From Amphiscolops sp. MND2022 (Eukaryota): 64,000 nucleotides of DNA. The DNA is taken from the NCBI GenBank assembly GCA_964187785.1, contig OZ076409.1:42968001-43032000 (forward strand). Reading direction: 5' to 3'. The position numbers and the translations under genes are program-made. Under the pieces are notes generated by a model. It was not told the origin of the DNA and did no database searches. It saw only the letters and a list, made by a program, of their open reading frames with translations. Positions 12,951-27,127 of the stretch are shown here, one piece after another. Every line of letters begins with the position of its first letter. The stretch's first letter is position 1.

Positions 12951-13551
12951 AAACAAGTTCATCAAATATCAAGGAACCGTAATCTTCACTGAGAATAAAG
13001 TACTTAAAAACACTCGTAAAGAACCTTAAATATAATTAGCCTGGACTAGAAACGGATTCTATGAATTTAAATGTCTGTTAATTCTGAAATTTTGGAATCC
13101 AAGAATTTTGTCCATCTTGATAAGTTTCGAACCTGGAGTGATGAGATATCTCCGTAAGATCTTATTAGAAATCTTACCTTGGGATCCACGGCCGCCGAGA
13201 TATAGTAAGAATTTGGCAAGATGCTAACCAAAGTGTCAACCCTGGTACGTAAATAATGAAGATGAAACAATAGAAAATGGATCAAGGATCAGGATAGCCT
13301 ACAATAACTGCTGAAGGGAATGGATTAACTGTGACCATGGCACACACATAACGACGTAGAAGAAGGTTATTTTTCGAGTGGCTTTTGGTTATGAAATAAT
13401 GAGTGGTTTAGAATTGAAATAAAAACATTTCGTCAACATAATGTTCAGTATGACTGACACCAGAAGCTCAAAAAATACAAGCGCTTACTGTGTACTTGGT
13501 AGAAGAAGTTTCTGTTAACCTCGAAATTATTGAAATAATATATGTACTTAC

Positions 13552-13695
13552 TTTGACTTTACGTTCCTCTAGAGGTGTCAGTCGTTTTTCGTGTTTCTTG
13601 AAGAACTTTCGTTTCCTCGCTTGCAGATTGAACCATGTGAACGAGAAGGATTTCACATGAGGTAATGTGGCTTCGATGAATGGATGAAAATCTTC
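13552..13695 (-). CDS. NFI: Nuclear Factor I (CTF/NFI) internal exon, N-terminal DNA-binding region
   Basis: 144-nt phase-0 exon bounded by TTTTTTCAG and GTAAGT. Encodes [48 protein letters not shown], matching the conserved [35 protein letters not shown] signature. Confidence 0.93.
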
Positions 13696-14091
13696 CTGAA
13701 AAAAGTAAAGATACTCGATTGCGTTCCATATAAAGAAGTTAAATCTGTCCAACCTCTTAGAAAAAAACTGTTTCACACAATTTGCTTCCATGTTTATGAT
13801 TCTACAGGTAGACAAAATAATCAAGGAATGCAGATTTTTAGACACGCAAGAAGTGGTTTTTTTTTATTTTATCTTTGGATTGGAAAAGTTCATCTATCGT
13901 TTCATGACGTCATCAACCAGTATATATACAAGACTATTATAAGCGCGCGCAACCGTTAAACCCACATTATTCGTGACATAATTCTCTCATCAGCCGTCGA
14001 GTCACTGCTGCAATTGCTATATCAAAATAAAACTATCCCAAATTTACCGCACCACCCCAACACAAGCACCCGTACTGAGACTCCATTCAAT

Positions 14092-14830
14092 CCCATCACT
14101 GGGCATCCATGGGCCCATCGCAGCCCATCGCAGCCCATCGTAACTTTTTCAGATGTGCATCGATGGACCATCGATGGCCATCGATGGGATTTGAATTATC
14201 GCCCAGCGCATGGGCACTTGTGGAGCATTTTAGGGTTAAATATATCTAATTTTAACCTACTCTCATTTCCTTTTGAGCCTGAGTAAGCTTTCTCGAGCCT
14301 GAAAATCACTTATTTTGGCGCCTTGCCCTTGAATTGTTTGAAAAAAAAATGAAAAACCTGGCAGAATTGCAATTATTCGCATGAAAATGCGACGGAATCG
14401 AGCTTCCATTGCTGAGAAAATCATCTGCTTGTAAGAAGAAAAAAGATCTGAAATATGGAGAAATTTGACTCTTAAAATCTCTTGTATCAAAAAATTTGGT
14501 GTTTTTTCCTCGGAAAATCAACAGAATCCTGTTTTTCACAAAGAAAAATAGTATGGATAACTATGTATAACTTCTTCATTTCCGAATAAAATACTTGGGC
14601 ATCCTCGAAATAAAAACAAAGCTTAAATAGATTGAAAAACTTAAATGGCGAGAGTTTTGTTGAAATTTTGAACATGGCGAAGTCGAACGAATTTTTCTCA
14701 TCGAAAATTTCGATTCCCATCGATGGGTCATCGATGGTCTATCGATGACCCATCGATGGGATCATCGTTAGAAAAACCTCATCGATGCCCTCATTGATGG
14801 TCTGGGACTGCGATAGCCATCGATGAACTG
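14092..14830. mobile_element. Probable MITE with subterminal arrays of CCATCG/ATCGAT palindromes
   Basis: CCCATCG-rich left end and CCATCGATGG-rich right end around an AT-rich core. Confidence 0.5.
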
Positions 14831-16128
14831 CAGATCACCTTTTTGTTATAGCATTCCCCTCACAACCAACAAAAATGAACCAGTTAGTTGTTAGTGACAA
14901 AACTACTGCAACCCCAGGTTTGACCCCCCCAGCACTAACGTTTCTATTGCAGCAAGGTCGCGTATCAATCATGTACTTTATAAAATACATTTGTAAGAAA
15001 GATGTGACCCTTACTTTCAGCTTACAAATAGCGAAAGGGGTGCAGTTATTGGGCCGTCAAACATAACAGGGGCCCGGGGTGACAGAAACTTTAATCAAAA
15101 ATCAGCATTTAATCAAAAAGTTCCAATCGGAAAAGTTATAAATCTTGATTTTCACTTTTATTCAATTTCAACTTTTTGTTTTCTTACCATACTATTTTAT
15201 AGCTTTGATTGCGTCAAAATGGCCTGAGTAGTTCGTTAGTCGGTGGAGAATAAATAAAATAATTTACTAAGGGAGTAAATGCCAAACTGAGAGATTCAAA
15301 GAATTGAGAAACTGTAAATTAATTTAAATAAGTTAAGCACGATTTATTTACAAATATTTGGCACAAAATGTAAGAAAAACAATGCGATTTTGGCACAGAA
15401 GCTCAAGAGTATTATTTCGAATACGAGGTTGTAATGATATATGTATGTGAGAATTACTATTTCTGATGCGACCACAATTAAAAACACACTTCACATTTTA
15501 CGTTTCACGTTTTGGCAAGAGTGAGGCCAGAAGAAAACTCAAGAACTGGACATCGATCTGGATTGGTCACTGATGACTGTAGTCATGACTGACTTCACTC
15601 GCTGAAATAAACGTCTTATAAATTATATTAGTTATGAATTCAGAAATTAATATTTATGTTAATTGATTTCCAGTACCAGTTTTAGTTGTCAAGTTAAAAC
15701 GTGCTTCAAACACTAATCAGGAGCCTTGCCTTGATTTTGATTTTTAAATGACTGACGTGACGTCATTTTCAATAAATTAGCAAATACTAACAACTACTTC
15801 AAGTTTTAGGATTTTGACAAGGAGAAAATATTTTTGAAAATTAGCAAACATCTTCGGTTTCCTGGTTGACCAAACATACTCAACATGCTATGATCATAGA
15901 GTATGATTATACTATGATCACGGTCATTCCATGATCATGATCATGCCAAGACCGTACCATGGCGACCATGTTTCATAGTATGATCCATCATGTTTTATAG
16001 TATTAACGTAGCATGATCATAGTATGAGGAACGATGTATTCTAGATTGAAAATCGAAATGTCGGACATGGCAACCTCTTGTAAACAAAGTTCACAAATTG
16101 CTTACCGAGTCCTTATGCTGTATTTTTG

Positions 16129-17300
16129 CAGGGGTGTAAAAAAGAGTATCTTAGCAAAGATTATCTAGATAACGGTAAATAAGATAATCGACTTTTAAAA
16201 CAAAGTAAAAAAAGATTATCTAATTGGCTTAGCTAACTGGTAATCTAGATTATCTAATTTTCTACTAATGCCAGGCAAGCAAGTGGCCCATTATGTTTAC
16301 GTTTTTGTAGCTGAAGCAAAATTACAAGGAGGATCAACAGATTTGACGACCGAAGAAACAGTTTCTCTCTCTAAATTTAAGAGCATCGATCATTCTTCGG
16401 AAGCATTAGTCCTTCCTAATAATACTTTTCTAGCCGGAAGGGCGCTTCCAAACAAGTTTTAAAAAAGTCCAATATTTCAATATTCAACACAGTGTAAAAA
16501 CTCTTGAACCTTGCCAAGATCTTGCATATTCTTACATATTACCGTTTACTCTTGAAAGTCCTGATAAGATCTTGTTTATTCTTGCTTCACACAAACCTCT
16601 TGAAAGTCTCGATAGTATTCTTGGTAAGAGTCTTGTCAAGAGTGTCAAGAGAAAGGATAAGTTGTAAAACAAAAAACAATTTTGTTTACAAGTAATTTGA
16701 TGTTGTTCACACTACCAGCTACACTATCATTCTTTGAAGTATTGCATATAGGACAACTCAAAGTAGTGAAGTTCAGAAAGTGATAGCTTGGTTTGTAGCC
16801 CGAAAAGCTGCAGCATAATGAGTACGCTGATCAAGCTGCAGTTGACGTCGGTGTTTGTTTGTTTTCATTCACTTTTGTCAGTTCATCTTTTGAATTTCTT
16901 GGCACGATCTTGCAAATTCGTGGATTTCTTGGAAAGAATCTTGGCGAGATTCTTACCAAGAAACCCTAGAATATCGAAGATCCTTATCAAGAGTTGCAGG
17001 AGTTTTTACACAGAGATATATCGGCACGTCGAATATTGCTGAACGACTGTTAAGTGTTGCTGGTAATATATGTACGTCATCGAGATCATCCATGTACCCA
17101 ACAACATTTGAAGAAACCTTTTCTTTAAAAGTGAATCGCAAACTCTGGGACATTAAAATGATAGGTGATATCATTGATTTGTAAATTGGTTTTTAAAGAT
17201 AATCTTAATGATCTAGATGATCTTAATAAGTCAATGTTAGATAATCGGTTATCGCTTTTAATCAAAGATATTATTAGTGATAAGATAATTTACACCCCTG
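16129..17300. mobile_element. Non-autonomous hAT element
   Basis: 12-bp TIR CAGGGGTGTAAA/TTTACACCCCTG. Perfect 8-bp TSD TATTTTTG (16121-16128, 17301-17308). Subterminal AGATAA/TTATCT repeats. Confidence 0.9.
16488..17015. mobile_element. TIR MITE nested in the hAT element
   Basis: CACAGTGTAAAAACTC / GAGTTTTTACACAGAG (14/16 match); internal TCTTG/CAAGA arrays. Confidence 0.7.
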
Positions 17301-20300
17301 TATTTTTGTGTTTGACAAGCCCCCTACTGTATAGTTGGCGTTTTTTTTGTATTTTGACAATTAAAAGATGGAAATTTCCATCTTTTAAATGTCAAAATGC
17401 AAGAAAACGCCAACTATGCAAAAGGGATTAGTTTGAAACTCTGAAACCTACCAGTGCTATTTTTCTAAGCATTGAACCAAAGGCGCAGTTATACTGCCAT
17501 ATTCTTTGCTTTTTTGATGTTTTTTTGAAGAAAAAATGGAAAAACATCAATGGATCAAAAACGGAGTTACTCAAAAATTCAATATACATATCTGCATAAC
17601 TAATCGACGTTTGCAACGAACAATAAGAAATAGAAGAATGATAATTTCCTCAACTCAGCGGGGTCGACGCCGAATGAAGAGTTCTGCTTTTCTAAGTCGG
17701 CGCCCTTTCGGATACTGTCTAGCAAAAGCAAGCTATGGGACCATAACTGCAGCCAAATGATCAAGCAATGTTGGTTTCCAGATGACTTGCTCAAGGTCAC
17801 AAAGGTCAGACTGCTCACCGATGCTTTTTTATTTTGCGTTACCAAATGCGTGTCTCAGTGCTCTTTAGGAGCTATTGTAGCCATGGGCCTATACTGAGTT
17901 CACAGCAAAGTCCCTCAGATCAGTGAACAACGATCATCCAAAAAAATCACATTATAGACCCGCCCATAAATGATTGATGGGACCGAACTTTCAAGCGACT
18001 TCAATCTGTGCGCCATTACTCATAAGCTTTATAGAAGCGTACCTTCTAATAATCATCGAATTTACAATGGTTACAGAGGCATCGACTTCCACTCGGCGTT
18101 GGGCTGCCATGAACATGGTAAGTACCTTTTACCAGTCCGCGATACAAGAAAAGCATCTATACCACGATCAGTAGTGGTGGCATCGACCCAAATGTCACTG
18201 AGCTCTTTTGCACTTCAATCAGACACTTAGAAACAACAATTACAACCACAAATGACTAAGGAAGATCTGATAATGAAGAGGGTTCGTTTGAAGGGTTTTC
18301 CCCCTTCCAGATCAACCTAGTCCCGGAAAGCATCTCTACAAAAGAGTGCCTTTCACCGACAAGTTCACTGACTTCAAGACAGACAATGATGTGTTATAAC
18401 AAGGTTATAACAAGTTGCCACTTCCGAGGAAGCTGAGATGGGATCATACCCCTCATTTAAGGACTGTGCAGGTAATTTTTAAGTCCCCCATGCTGTCAGG
18501 ACTCTTGAAGCTTTAATTCCAGACATCGTCTACTGAGCAACCGTAGTTGACACTCAACAGTAGCTCTCATACTCTGGTGACGGCTCTGCCCTTGAATGCT
18601 AGCTTTACCCACCCGAAGGCAGAACTTTCATTCCACTCGTGGAGGCAACCTCGAACAGAGCCACCAAATGCGTAATTTTTAACACCACCAAGGTGGTGAT
18701 GAAGGACTTACACAAGGCCCAACAACGGTGAATTGAAAGAGATTCGAACCTGATACCGCCCCAGTACAGACAGAATGCTTTAAACTCTTTGGTCACTTCC
18801 AGCGAATTGAAGACGAAACCGACGAAAATCAACTTTAGTCTGATCGTCTGTTTTATACTTCATATTAGCCGACTGAATATTGAAAAAGTCTAGAAAAAGA
18901 CTAGAACCTCCAACTTTTTAGTTGAAAATTCCTATGAAGTAAGAAATGTGTCTGTATCAACCAAAGAGTTTTCTCACAAAAATTTAAGAGACTGCTAAAA
19001 AGTCGGAAACGGCATTGACAAACTTTCTACTAGTGTGCAAAAGTCAAAAACGTCACATTGGAAAACGTCAAAAAGCCAATTGTCAGAAAAGTCTATATGA
19101 CACTATGAGAAACGTCAAGGTAAAAATGAATAATTTGGAGATCTACTGCCGAACAATTTGCCGAAAAATGTCAATGTAAACGAGAAGTAGTTGTTGCAAA
19201 AACGGAGAAAGGTTCTACAAAAACTTAGATTCCACATTTTAAAGAAAACAAAACGCCGGGAACGACATAAGCAGTCGCCCAGCTTAAGGCTCAGAAACAG
19301 CAAAAGTACTCCAAAGCTTCGAGAATTTCACATCACCAAAAAATTCCAAACGGGAGACTCTTTCGGCTTAAAAGGGCTGTTTGCTTTTATCAGCAGCTGA
19401 AACATCAAAGAAGACGGGAACGTCGTAAGTTGGCGCTGTATCGAAGGCTCAAAACGCGCAGTTTTTAAAATATGCGTAAGATGTGGTAATGAAAAACTCC
19501 TGTTTTGGAGCCTCCGTCTCATCCCTACTAAGACACAATATAGTTCGGATATAACGTCGTAAGTTCGGATGTAGCGCTTTACTCTGAATATTACGAAATT
19601 CATCGACTGCATCGAATTTTGTAGATTGTATAGAATTCAATGATATATTTTTTGTTTCAAAAAGATTCTAAATGGAAAAACAATTGCAGTTTTTTTGCCG
19701 CGAAACGCTCATTTCTTATCTTAATGCATGCAAATCGACGAAATTTTACCTTTCGAGCATGATGCTTCGAAAACGGTTGATAATTTTTGAAATCGAAAAA
19801 TATCCATAATATCAGCAGATTTGTGCGAGTTATTTGAGCATAAAACTTGCCAAAAAAACTGTGGATAAAACGGTCAAAAATTTGAACCAACGGAAAAAAG
19901 TCCCAACTTTGACCAAAACCAGTTATATGTAACATTTTTGTCCCAGAAAAAAAATTAAAAATACTAGTATGAACTAGAAGAAATTCTAAGAAACTTTTAT
20001 TTCTGATGTGTTTCAAAATTCTCAACAACAGCCATGGATGAAATGCAATTTTCCCAAACGTGATCGAGGCAAACCAATTGCATTTAGATTCGGTATAAAT
20101 GCAACTTAAGCAGAAAGACGAATCGATTATCTTGAGAAGTTTGCTAATTTGCGACGTATTGCCCAAATGCTGCTAATTATTAAAATTCACTATGTGACTG
20201 TTTTTGGATGTTTTCAAAGTAAATTTCTTTTCGGAGCTCATTGATATGCAGAAATTACAGTTTGTTGTGGTGAAAATACGAAAACGTCATATTTCAGCAT

Positions 20301-20657
20301 AAACAAAAATTGTTGGAAAAATACTGAAGAATTTCGATAACTCTAATCAACTATGGTCAAAGTCAAGAGATAGTTGGTGGTGAAAAGTTCTAACAGTTCC
20401 TATTACGTCTCGTTTTGAAAAGGCGCACGCTGCCGGATGTGCTTGCGCTTAATGATTGCAATCACTGGATAAGTCAACCTTGTTACCCACTTTCGAAAAA
20501 CTGAACGAAAAAGAAATAAATTTAGAAAATGAAGATAATTGAAATGAATTAATTATACCGACGCAACTTTGTTTTCTTTTTCTGTGTTGAGTTTAGAGTT
20601 ATCTGGTAATCCATAATGTTCACATTCTCACCCGGATTTCACTCAATTGTGCACTTG

Positions 20658-21341
20658 TTTTTAATCGGTGCTTTTGAAGAAAAGTGCCCGACTCTTACAG
20701 CGGGTAGTTTTTGTAGACGCGCAAGGTCCACTTTTTTGTTCATTTGTTCAACAACTTGAACTACGGAGGTCAAAACACTCGAACCCCAGAACCTCGTCCA
20801 AAACAAAAAACAAAGCCGACGTTCAGAACCTCGAAAACATACTAAGGGTCCCCCTTTGGCTATTTTGGTGTATTTCACTTGGTTTTTTCGGCACTATGAG
20901 ACTTTTTTCAGTAAAGTTTTTGGGTTGCACCGAAGGCTCCTCCTTCAATTTTTTTTTCGATAATTTGCTACAAAATGGATGTTAAAAACTCAAAAGACCC
21001 CTCCCTCTTTTACATTTTTTGGCACTGTGACACAGTTGAAAAATCTCATTTTGATTTTTTTTTGAAAATTTTTAATGTCTCCAAAGGGTCCCCTTTTTTC
21101 TCATTTTTTTTTGCAACAAACTGGAGTTTTGAAAAACCCAAAGGGTCCCTTTTTTACAATTTGCGCGTTTTGAGCATGGTTGGCATTTTATAAATGAAAT
21201 GAAAAACAATTTCAACGAAAAAACCTGTTTTTTAATCGTTTTAAACTGTTATTCTGTTATTTATCGTAAATAACGCACATTTTCCCAACTCTGGTTTTGA
21301 GCCTTTGATATAGTGCCGACTTTGGCCGTTCCCGGCTTGTT
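20658..21341 (+). mobile_element. HINE/DINE-1-like element
   Basis: 5' TTTTTAATCGGTGC...CCCGACT; 3' GTGCCGACT followed by hairpin GCCG-ttcc-CGGC and TTGTT. Confidence 0.7.
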
Positions 21342-21406
21342 GCAATAAGTATTTGTTTTCCGGAACAACTCATGAACGCCATAATTAGGTATTTAATTTG
21401 AAAAAG

Positions 21407-21841
21407 AACAAGAAGAGAACGGCCCAAGTTGGCGTCATATCTAAGGTTCAATAATATGTGAATTTTTTCATTTATCACACAGTGCCAAAAAATCCCGAAA
21501 GGGTTTTCCCCGAACTCGAAAACAGTTTTTTCTGCACTGGAAACATCGGAAAAAATTAAATTTGCCTTTGAGAAAAATTGAAATTTTTCAAAAAAAGTCA
21601 CATAGTGCCGAAAAACCCAAAGGGGGGACCATTTGGTCTACCCTCTACTTTTGGAAACATTAAAAAACTTGTTTTTTAGTGCGAGACTCGAACCCACGCT
21701 CTCCTGTTTCTGAAAGTCTGAAAATTAGTTGGCGAAGGAGTTGACCAAGAAAACAAGAAAAGTGGACCGATCGCGTTGAACTGACGAAAAAAACTAGCCA
21801 CTGTAAGAGTCGTGCATTTTCTTCGAAAACGCGACTAAAAA
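21407..21841 (-). mobile_element. HINE/DINE-1-like element, tail-to-tail with the previous copy
   Basis: Same termini; contains the tRNA-like GCGAGACTCGAACCC segment. Confidence 0.65.
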
Positions 21842-22844
21842 TATAACATATAGAATATATAGAATAGTGTTTTCAAAACTCAATATTAAATTATATGTGC
21901 TGGTCAAAAATATCGTTTCACTTCTCTATATGGTTCAAATTGTTCTAGTTTTTCCATTTTCCCCACTCCAACTTCATCTCGAAAACATGTCAATTGAAGC
22001 CGTCGTTCAAATCTAATCAATAATTCCAGGAAATTTTTTCATTAACAGAATGCTTCTTCGTGTATGCTTTAGAAGAACATACGTGGTGATATATGTATGC
22101 CCGCACTGTTGAAAAAAGTTGAAAGTTCTAGATTTTGCTAAGGCAAGTTTTATTTGTTTTCGTTGAGTGAAGGTTGTTTCATAAGCAGCAGGATTAAAAC
22201 TGCCTGTTATGTTTGTCCTGCAGCAACCTAAACCTCCATGTTTTGTTTCGATTCTGCTAACTGTTTTTGAGGAGCTGGTTGAATTGAATAAAAGCTTCTT
22301 TCTCTACATGATTTGTTTTCATATGGCAATGGTGCTCATGAATAAAGGGTTGCAATTGAATCTGATGCCTATCTTGCAGTCTCAATAGTCAGTTGAAGAA
22401 TTTGTTGGTAGTTGTCGCTGAAAACATAAATCCAATCGGTGGTGATTTGCTTCAGGTGCCGGAATAGGAAACACACCTGAACAAAGAGAAAAGGGCAAAT
22501 TTGAGAGAAAGTATCGTGCAGTTTCACACTTTTGAAGTCGTAATATGATAAACTTGACTTAACTGATTACCTGGAAAGCCAGGACATGACAGAATCGGAT
22601 ATAAAGAATGCATGTGTGCTTAGAACTCGGTTTTGATTCTGGCAGTTTTAACTTATTAGTAAAATAAACACAGTAATGAAAAACACATTAGGTGAAATTT
22701 GGGGTCAGTTTGCTACTTCATTATTCACTTGTAAATTTTGATGCAAAGTTCTCAAAAGGTTAGGAAATACAAGGATTGGCCTCTTGACGAATTTAATGGT
22801 TATATCGAAACAGTGTCGAAAAATTTCTAAGGAAACGCTTCTAA

Positions 22845-24039
22845 GTTAGTGCAAAGGGTCCCCTCTTTCACTTTTTCCTTTTTAAACGTAACATACAAAA
22901 CCGAACGAGACTAAAGGGCCCCTTTCAGATTTTTTGGCACTGAGCGACTTTTTTCTCGAAAATTTTTGAATGTCTGCAAAGAGCCACCCCTTGAATTTTT
23001 TTGTGATATTTTTGTGGTCCCCTTTTTAACATTTTTGGCACTATGAGACTGTTCAAAATTCTCATTTTTAGTCTAATAAGTTTCACTAAAGAGAAGGTGG
23101 AGGTTCAAAAATATTGCGCTACATCCGAATTTGTGACGGTATAGTTAAATTATATTGCGGTTTACTAATGAGGAGGCGGAGGTTTAAAATCAAGCGCTCC
23201 CATTTGTCTCAGCACGCTAATTCGAACTTTTGACGTTATATCTAAAGTAAATTGCGCTTTACTCAGGAAGAGGCCGAGGTTCGGAAAAAGCACTCCCATG
23301 TAGGCCAGCACGCTATATCCCAACTTTTGAAGAGTTTTCCATGCACGAAAGTCACCCTTTGGAAGTTGTGACACTTTTTGTTAGTTTTAATGAAAAACGT
23401 TCTGCGCATGTTTCTAAAACTTTGCGCATTTTGCGCATTAAGTATAGCGCCGACTTTAGACGTTCCCGTCTTGTTCGACTGATATTAGGTTTTTTCAATA
23501 AATATCCACCAAAAATAATTTTACAAAACTACCCGAGTTTTTGACGTTATATGCGACGTAAGTTGCGTTCCACCAAGGCAGAGGTCGAGGTTTGGAAATA
23601 TTGCGTTATATTCGATATTTTGACGTTATATCAGAACTATATTGCGTTTTACTAAGGAGGAGATGGATGTTCGAAAAAAGAGGTCCCTTTTGTCCTGGCA
23701 CTCTAAATCCGAACTTTTGACATTTCATCCATAGTAAGTTATGTTTTACCAAGGAGGAAGCGGCGATTCACAAATATTGCGCTGTATCCGAATTATGATG
23801 CTATATCGAAAGTGAATTGCGTTTTACTTAGACAAAGGCCGACGTTAAAAAAAGCGCTCCCTTGTAGCTTAGCCCAGCACGTTATATCCGAAGTTTTGAA
23901 CCGTTTTCCGAGCACAAAAGACACCCTTTGTATTGTTCGATACTTTTTTCGAGTTTTTGATCAAATAAAGTTCTGCGCATATTTTAAAAACTTTTTGGGC
24001 CTTAAATGGGGCGCTAATTTGAGACGTCCCCGTCTTGTT
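22845..24039 (+). mobile_element. Two tandem HINE-like 3' parts with ~70-bp internal tandem repeats
   Basis: 3' ends GCGCCGACTTTAGACGTTCCCGTCTTGTT (23475) and GAGACGTCCCCGTCTTGTT (24039). Repeated unit like ATATTGCGTTATATCCGAATTTTTGACG...TTGCGTTTTACT. Confidence 0.65.
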
Positions 24040-27000
24040 GTAGCTTGAAGGACGTGTCCAGTTTTGCACCGAAGCTCTGAAATGAAAAATTGTTTTGGTA
24101 TCAAACAAAGGTCCAGATTGTTTTGGGCACTGATCTCCTGAACAGACGTCCCGAATACATGCCCAAGCTCTAGATAATGCATCCCTTGATGGACGTTACA
24201 TTAAGATCAACTTTTTGCAACCAGATGATTATGAACGCGTTTTTCATTTTTGTCAATTTGAGGAGTGTTCGCTGCTTTTATGGCTTACCAAGTCCGGAAA
24301 ATGGAAATTTCCAAAGCGTCTGAAATTGTTTTTTTTTGTTTTTTTTTCCACGACTTGGAGTCCAAACCCTAACTTTAGTTTGTAGGCGTACTGGACACTT
24401 TTAAATAAGTACTTTTTTACGCCAACTTTTCGTAAGATTTTTTCATCCCGATGTCTCCTGGCCGTATTTAAATTGTTTTGAAGGTATTTTTCAACTACTA
24501 ATCACAATTCTGAAACTTACAAAACTTGTTGGATGCCCTCGGTTTATTTGAACTGATGATGAATTTGGAACGGTCATCACCCTTTTTCCTGACGTTTCTG
24601 TTTTTTGGCATCAAATTTGGCCATCTTGACCGTGTTTGGTATCAACAATGTTTATGGTTTGCTGCGCTTGGAAGTTTGCTGAGCATAGCGTTGCGTTCGA
24701 GCCAGTTGATACCTTCCCTTAAAAACATTTTCTTAGTGCAATGTTGTAACTAACCTCGAGTGTTTACAATCATTTCGACGTCGAATATGGTCGAATAAAG
24801 ATGATTTTTCGATAACGTTGTGAAATTCCCGTTGTTTGAGAATTTTCGCGAGGGTTTCATTTGGAATTTGCCAATTCCGTGCCCTATTTATGTTTTCAGT
24901 ATAGTGCATTCGAGGTTAAACTCGAACAACTGAGAGGCTATTTAATGAAACGTTGCTGAAACTTAAACAGAAACGTCGTGGAAAACGGAAAGTTTTCGCC
25001 CGTCCAGTTTACTGTTCCCAGCACCAATCAAAGCCTTTTCAGTTAGAAAGGGACAAAAATTAGTTTCATCCTTGTTTAGTTGGTGAAACGACTCGTTAGT
25101 AGATCAACTTTCATCGTGCTAGCCTTTCGACTACTGGCAAAAATGTAACGTAAACTTTTTTGCAGAAACTGACTTGCGATTAACAAAACATCAAGACTTT
25201 ATCTGAGACTAGTACGAAATGGTCCAGTCATCGGTGCATCAAATTGGTGGCATTTTAAGCCATTGCATCAACTATTGCGCCATTGATCTCCACCAAATCT
25301 GAGAAATCGATCAATTGTTAGTTTTTAGTCGGCATTTTTTAAAACAAAATGTGACGGACTCTTACAGATGCTAGTTTTTCAGGGGTACAAATGCCAAACT
25401 TTCAGAGGCACAAACAAGTCTCGCAGAAGATAACGACAGAAGGTCGGACAATCACGCGCGCCGCGCTGACCGGCTAACGCACATGATGGAGGAGATGCGA
25501 AGAAGTCTAATTGAATGCAGACTGAACCAGCGTACACTAGAGTCAGCCATAGAATCTGTCAATCTTATGATGTTATGATCACAAACGTGAGGAGCAAGCA
25601 AATCCACGTGTGACCTCCATCACGAGTATTATACAGGATAAAAATTGTCAAGCCGAGGATAAAAGAAGTCAAAGTCTGATCTGATGCATCGTTCAGTCAT
25701 CGGAACGAACGATTGCATGATGGACATATCAAAAGAAGATGGCAGTTCCGCCCATTGGCAAGTCAAAGTTCACTCTCCCGAGCCCGGTTACTCTCCCTCA
25801 AAGATATATTTCACGAACTACGCAACTAACAGAAAACACACACATCATACTGACCGAACTTCTGATCTAAAAAGTTGGAATGAACCCGAAGATGACCACA
25901 TACGAAGTCACAGCGGCGGATCCATTCGAAAGAACAGAATCGGAAAAAACTCACACTGCCACTATCTACAGAGGTGGTTACGCATCCGAATGTGCAGCCA
26001 CTCCTATGGTCTTGATAAACACTCAACTACTTGAGCATCAAGCAAGCGACTGTGACAAGCCTGAAGGAAATACGCTTGGCTCAGAACAGAGATATCCACT
26101 TACGAGCACTCAAAAGTCAAATGAAGTCACTGAGCGGCCCACTCTTTGCTGAAAATGTTAAAGTGTTTTACCGTAGGTTTCGTCATCAGAAAAAAATTGT
26201 TTCTCAACCAGGCTCAGAAACTTAATGGAGATAAGTGATGTAAAGGACAACTCTCTCATAGTTCCAACCGGAAAAAAAAATAAAATTAGGACCGTTTGAG
26301 TACAAATTAACATGAGCACGAAAAGACGCAAACTACATGGAGTTATCAGTTGTGAGCAGGTGGTTTGCTGCTTTTTTCCCTCAGAAGTTGAACATCCATT
26401 GATCAATTTTTTTTCATCTTCATTAACGTACAAGTTAAAATCTCCTAAAATATAATCTTCTAGACAAAAATCACCTCGGTGAAAATCCAAGCCCGTGAAT
26501 GCCCGTTGCGTTCACTACAGTCGAATGAAACTTTTGAATAATGCATTAGAACTCGCTGGGCTTTAAAGGGACTTTACCCGCCTATCTACAATCCCTAGTC
26601 GAAGTTGCCGCGAAGTTTTACAGGCACCTTCAAAAAATGCCGGCTAACTTTTTATAAAACATGGAAAATTCCGGGACCGTGCATGGAAACAATTTGTAGG
26701 ATTACAATGCAGCCTTCACTATTTGAATTAAAACTGAAAACGTTTCCACTTCTTCACCACCGCGATCACTTTGTTTTCACGCGTAGGTTTTCTCAAGTAA
26801 GTACCTTATGTAAACACCGTTAGTCAAACAGCACGCTGAATGTGACGCTACTTTGAAACTTATAATGCGACTGAAATTTATTTGCATTGAAAGTGCGGTA
26901 AAATTGATGACGGTCTCAACTGCTTTCAAAATTAGAACGGAATTGTCACGACCCGCTCCCCCGGTCGTAATTTCACTTGCTGCTCTGGCATACCCGGATT

Positions 27001-27127
27001 CGGCAGAGGACGCGGACAAGGACACAGTAAATACTTTTAAACTTTGCTAAACTAATCAATTTCTACTTACAGTACAGCTAAATAATTGCAGATAATTTTC
27101 CGGACAGAGAATCCAACGTAAGCGTAA

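Noticed and set aside
13176..13245. Possible next NFI exon ending at GTAAGA
   Set aside because: No reading frame resembles NFI.
17820..18850. GC-richer coding-like relic
   Set aside because: Many stops and no recognisable domain; cannot be assigned.
25380..26160. Coding-like relic with short ORFs
   Set aside because: Fragmented, with no diagnostic motif.
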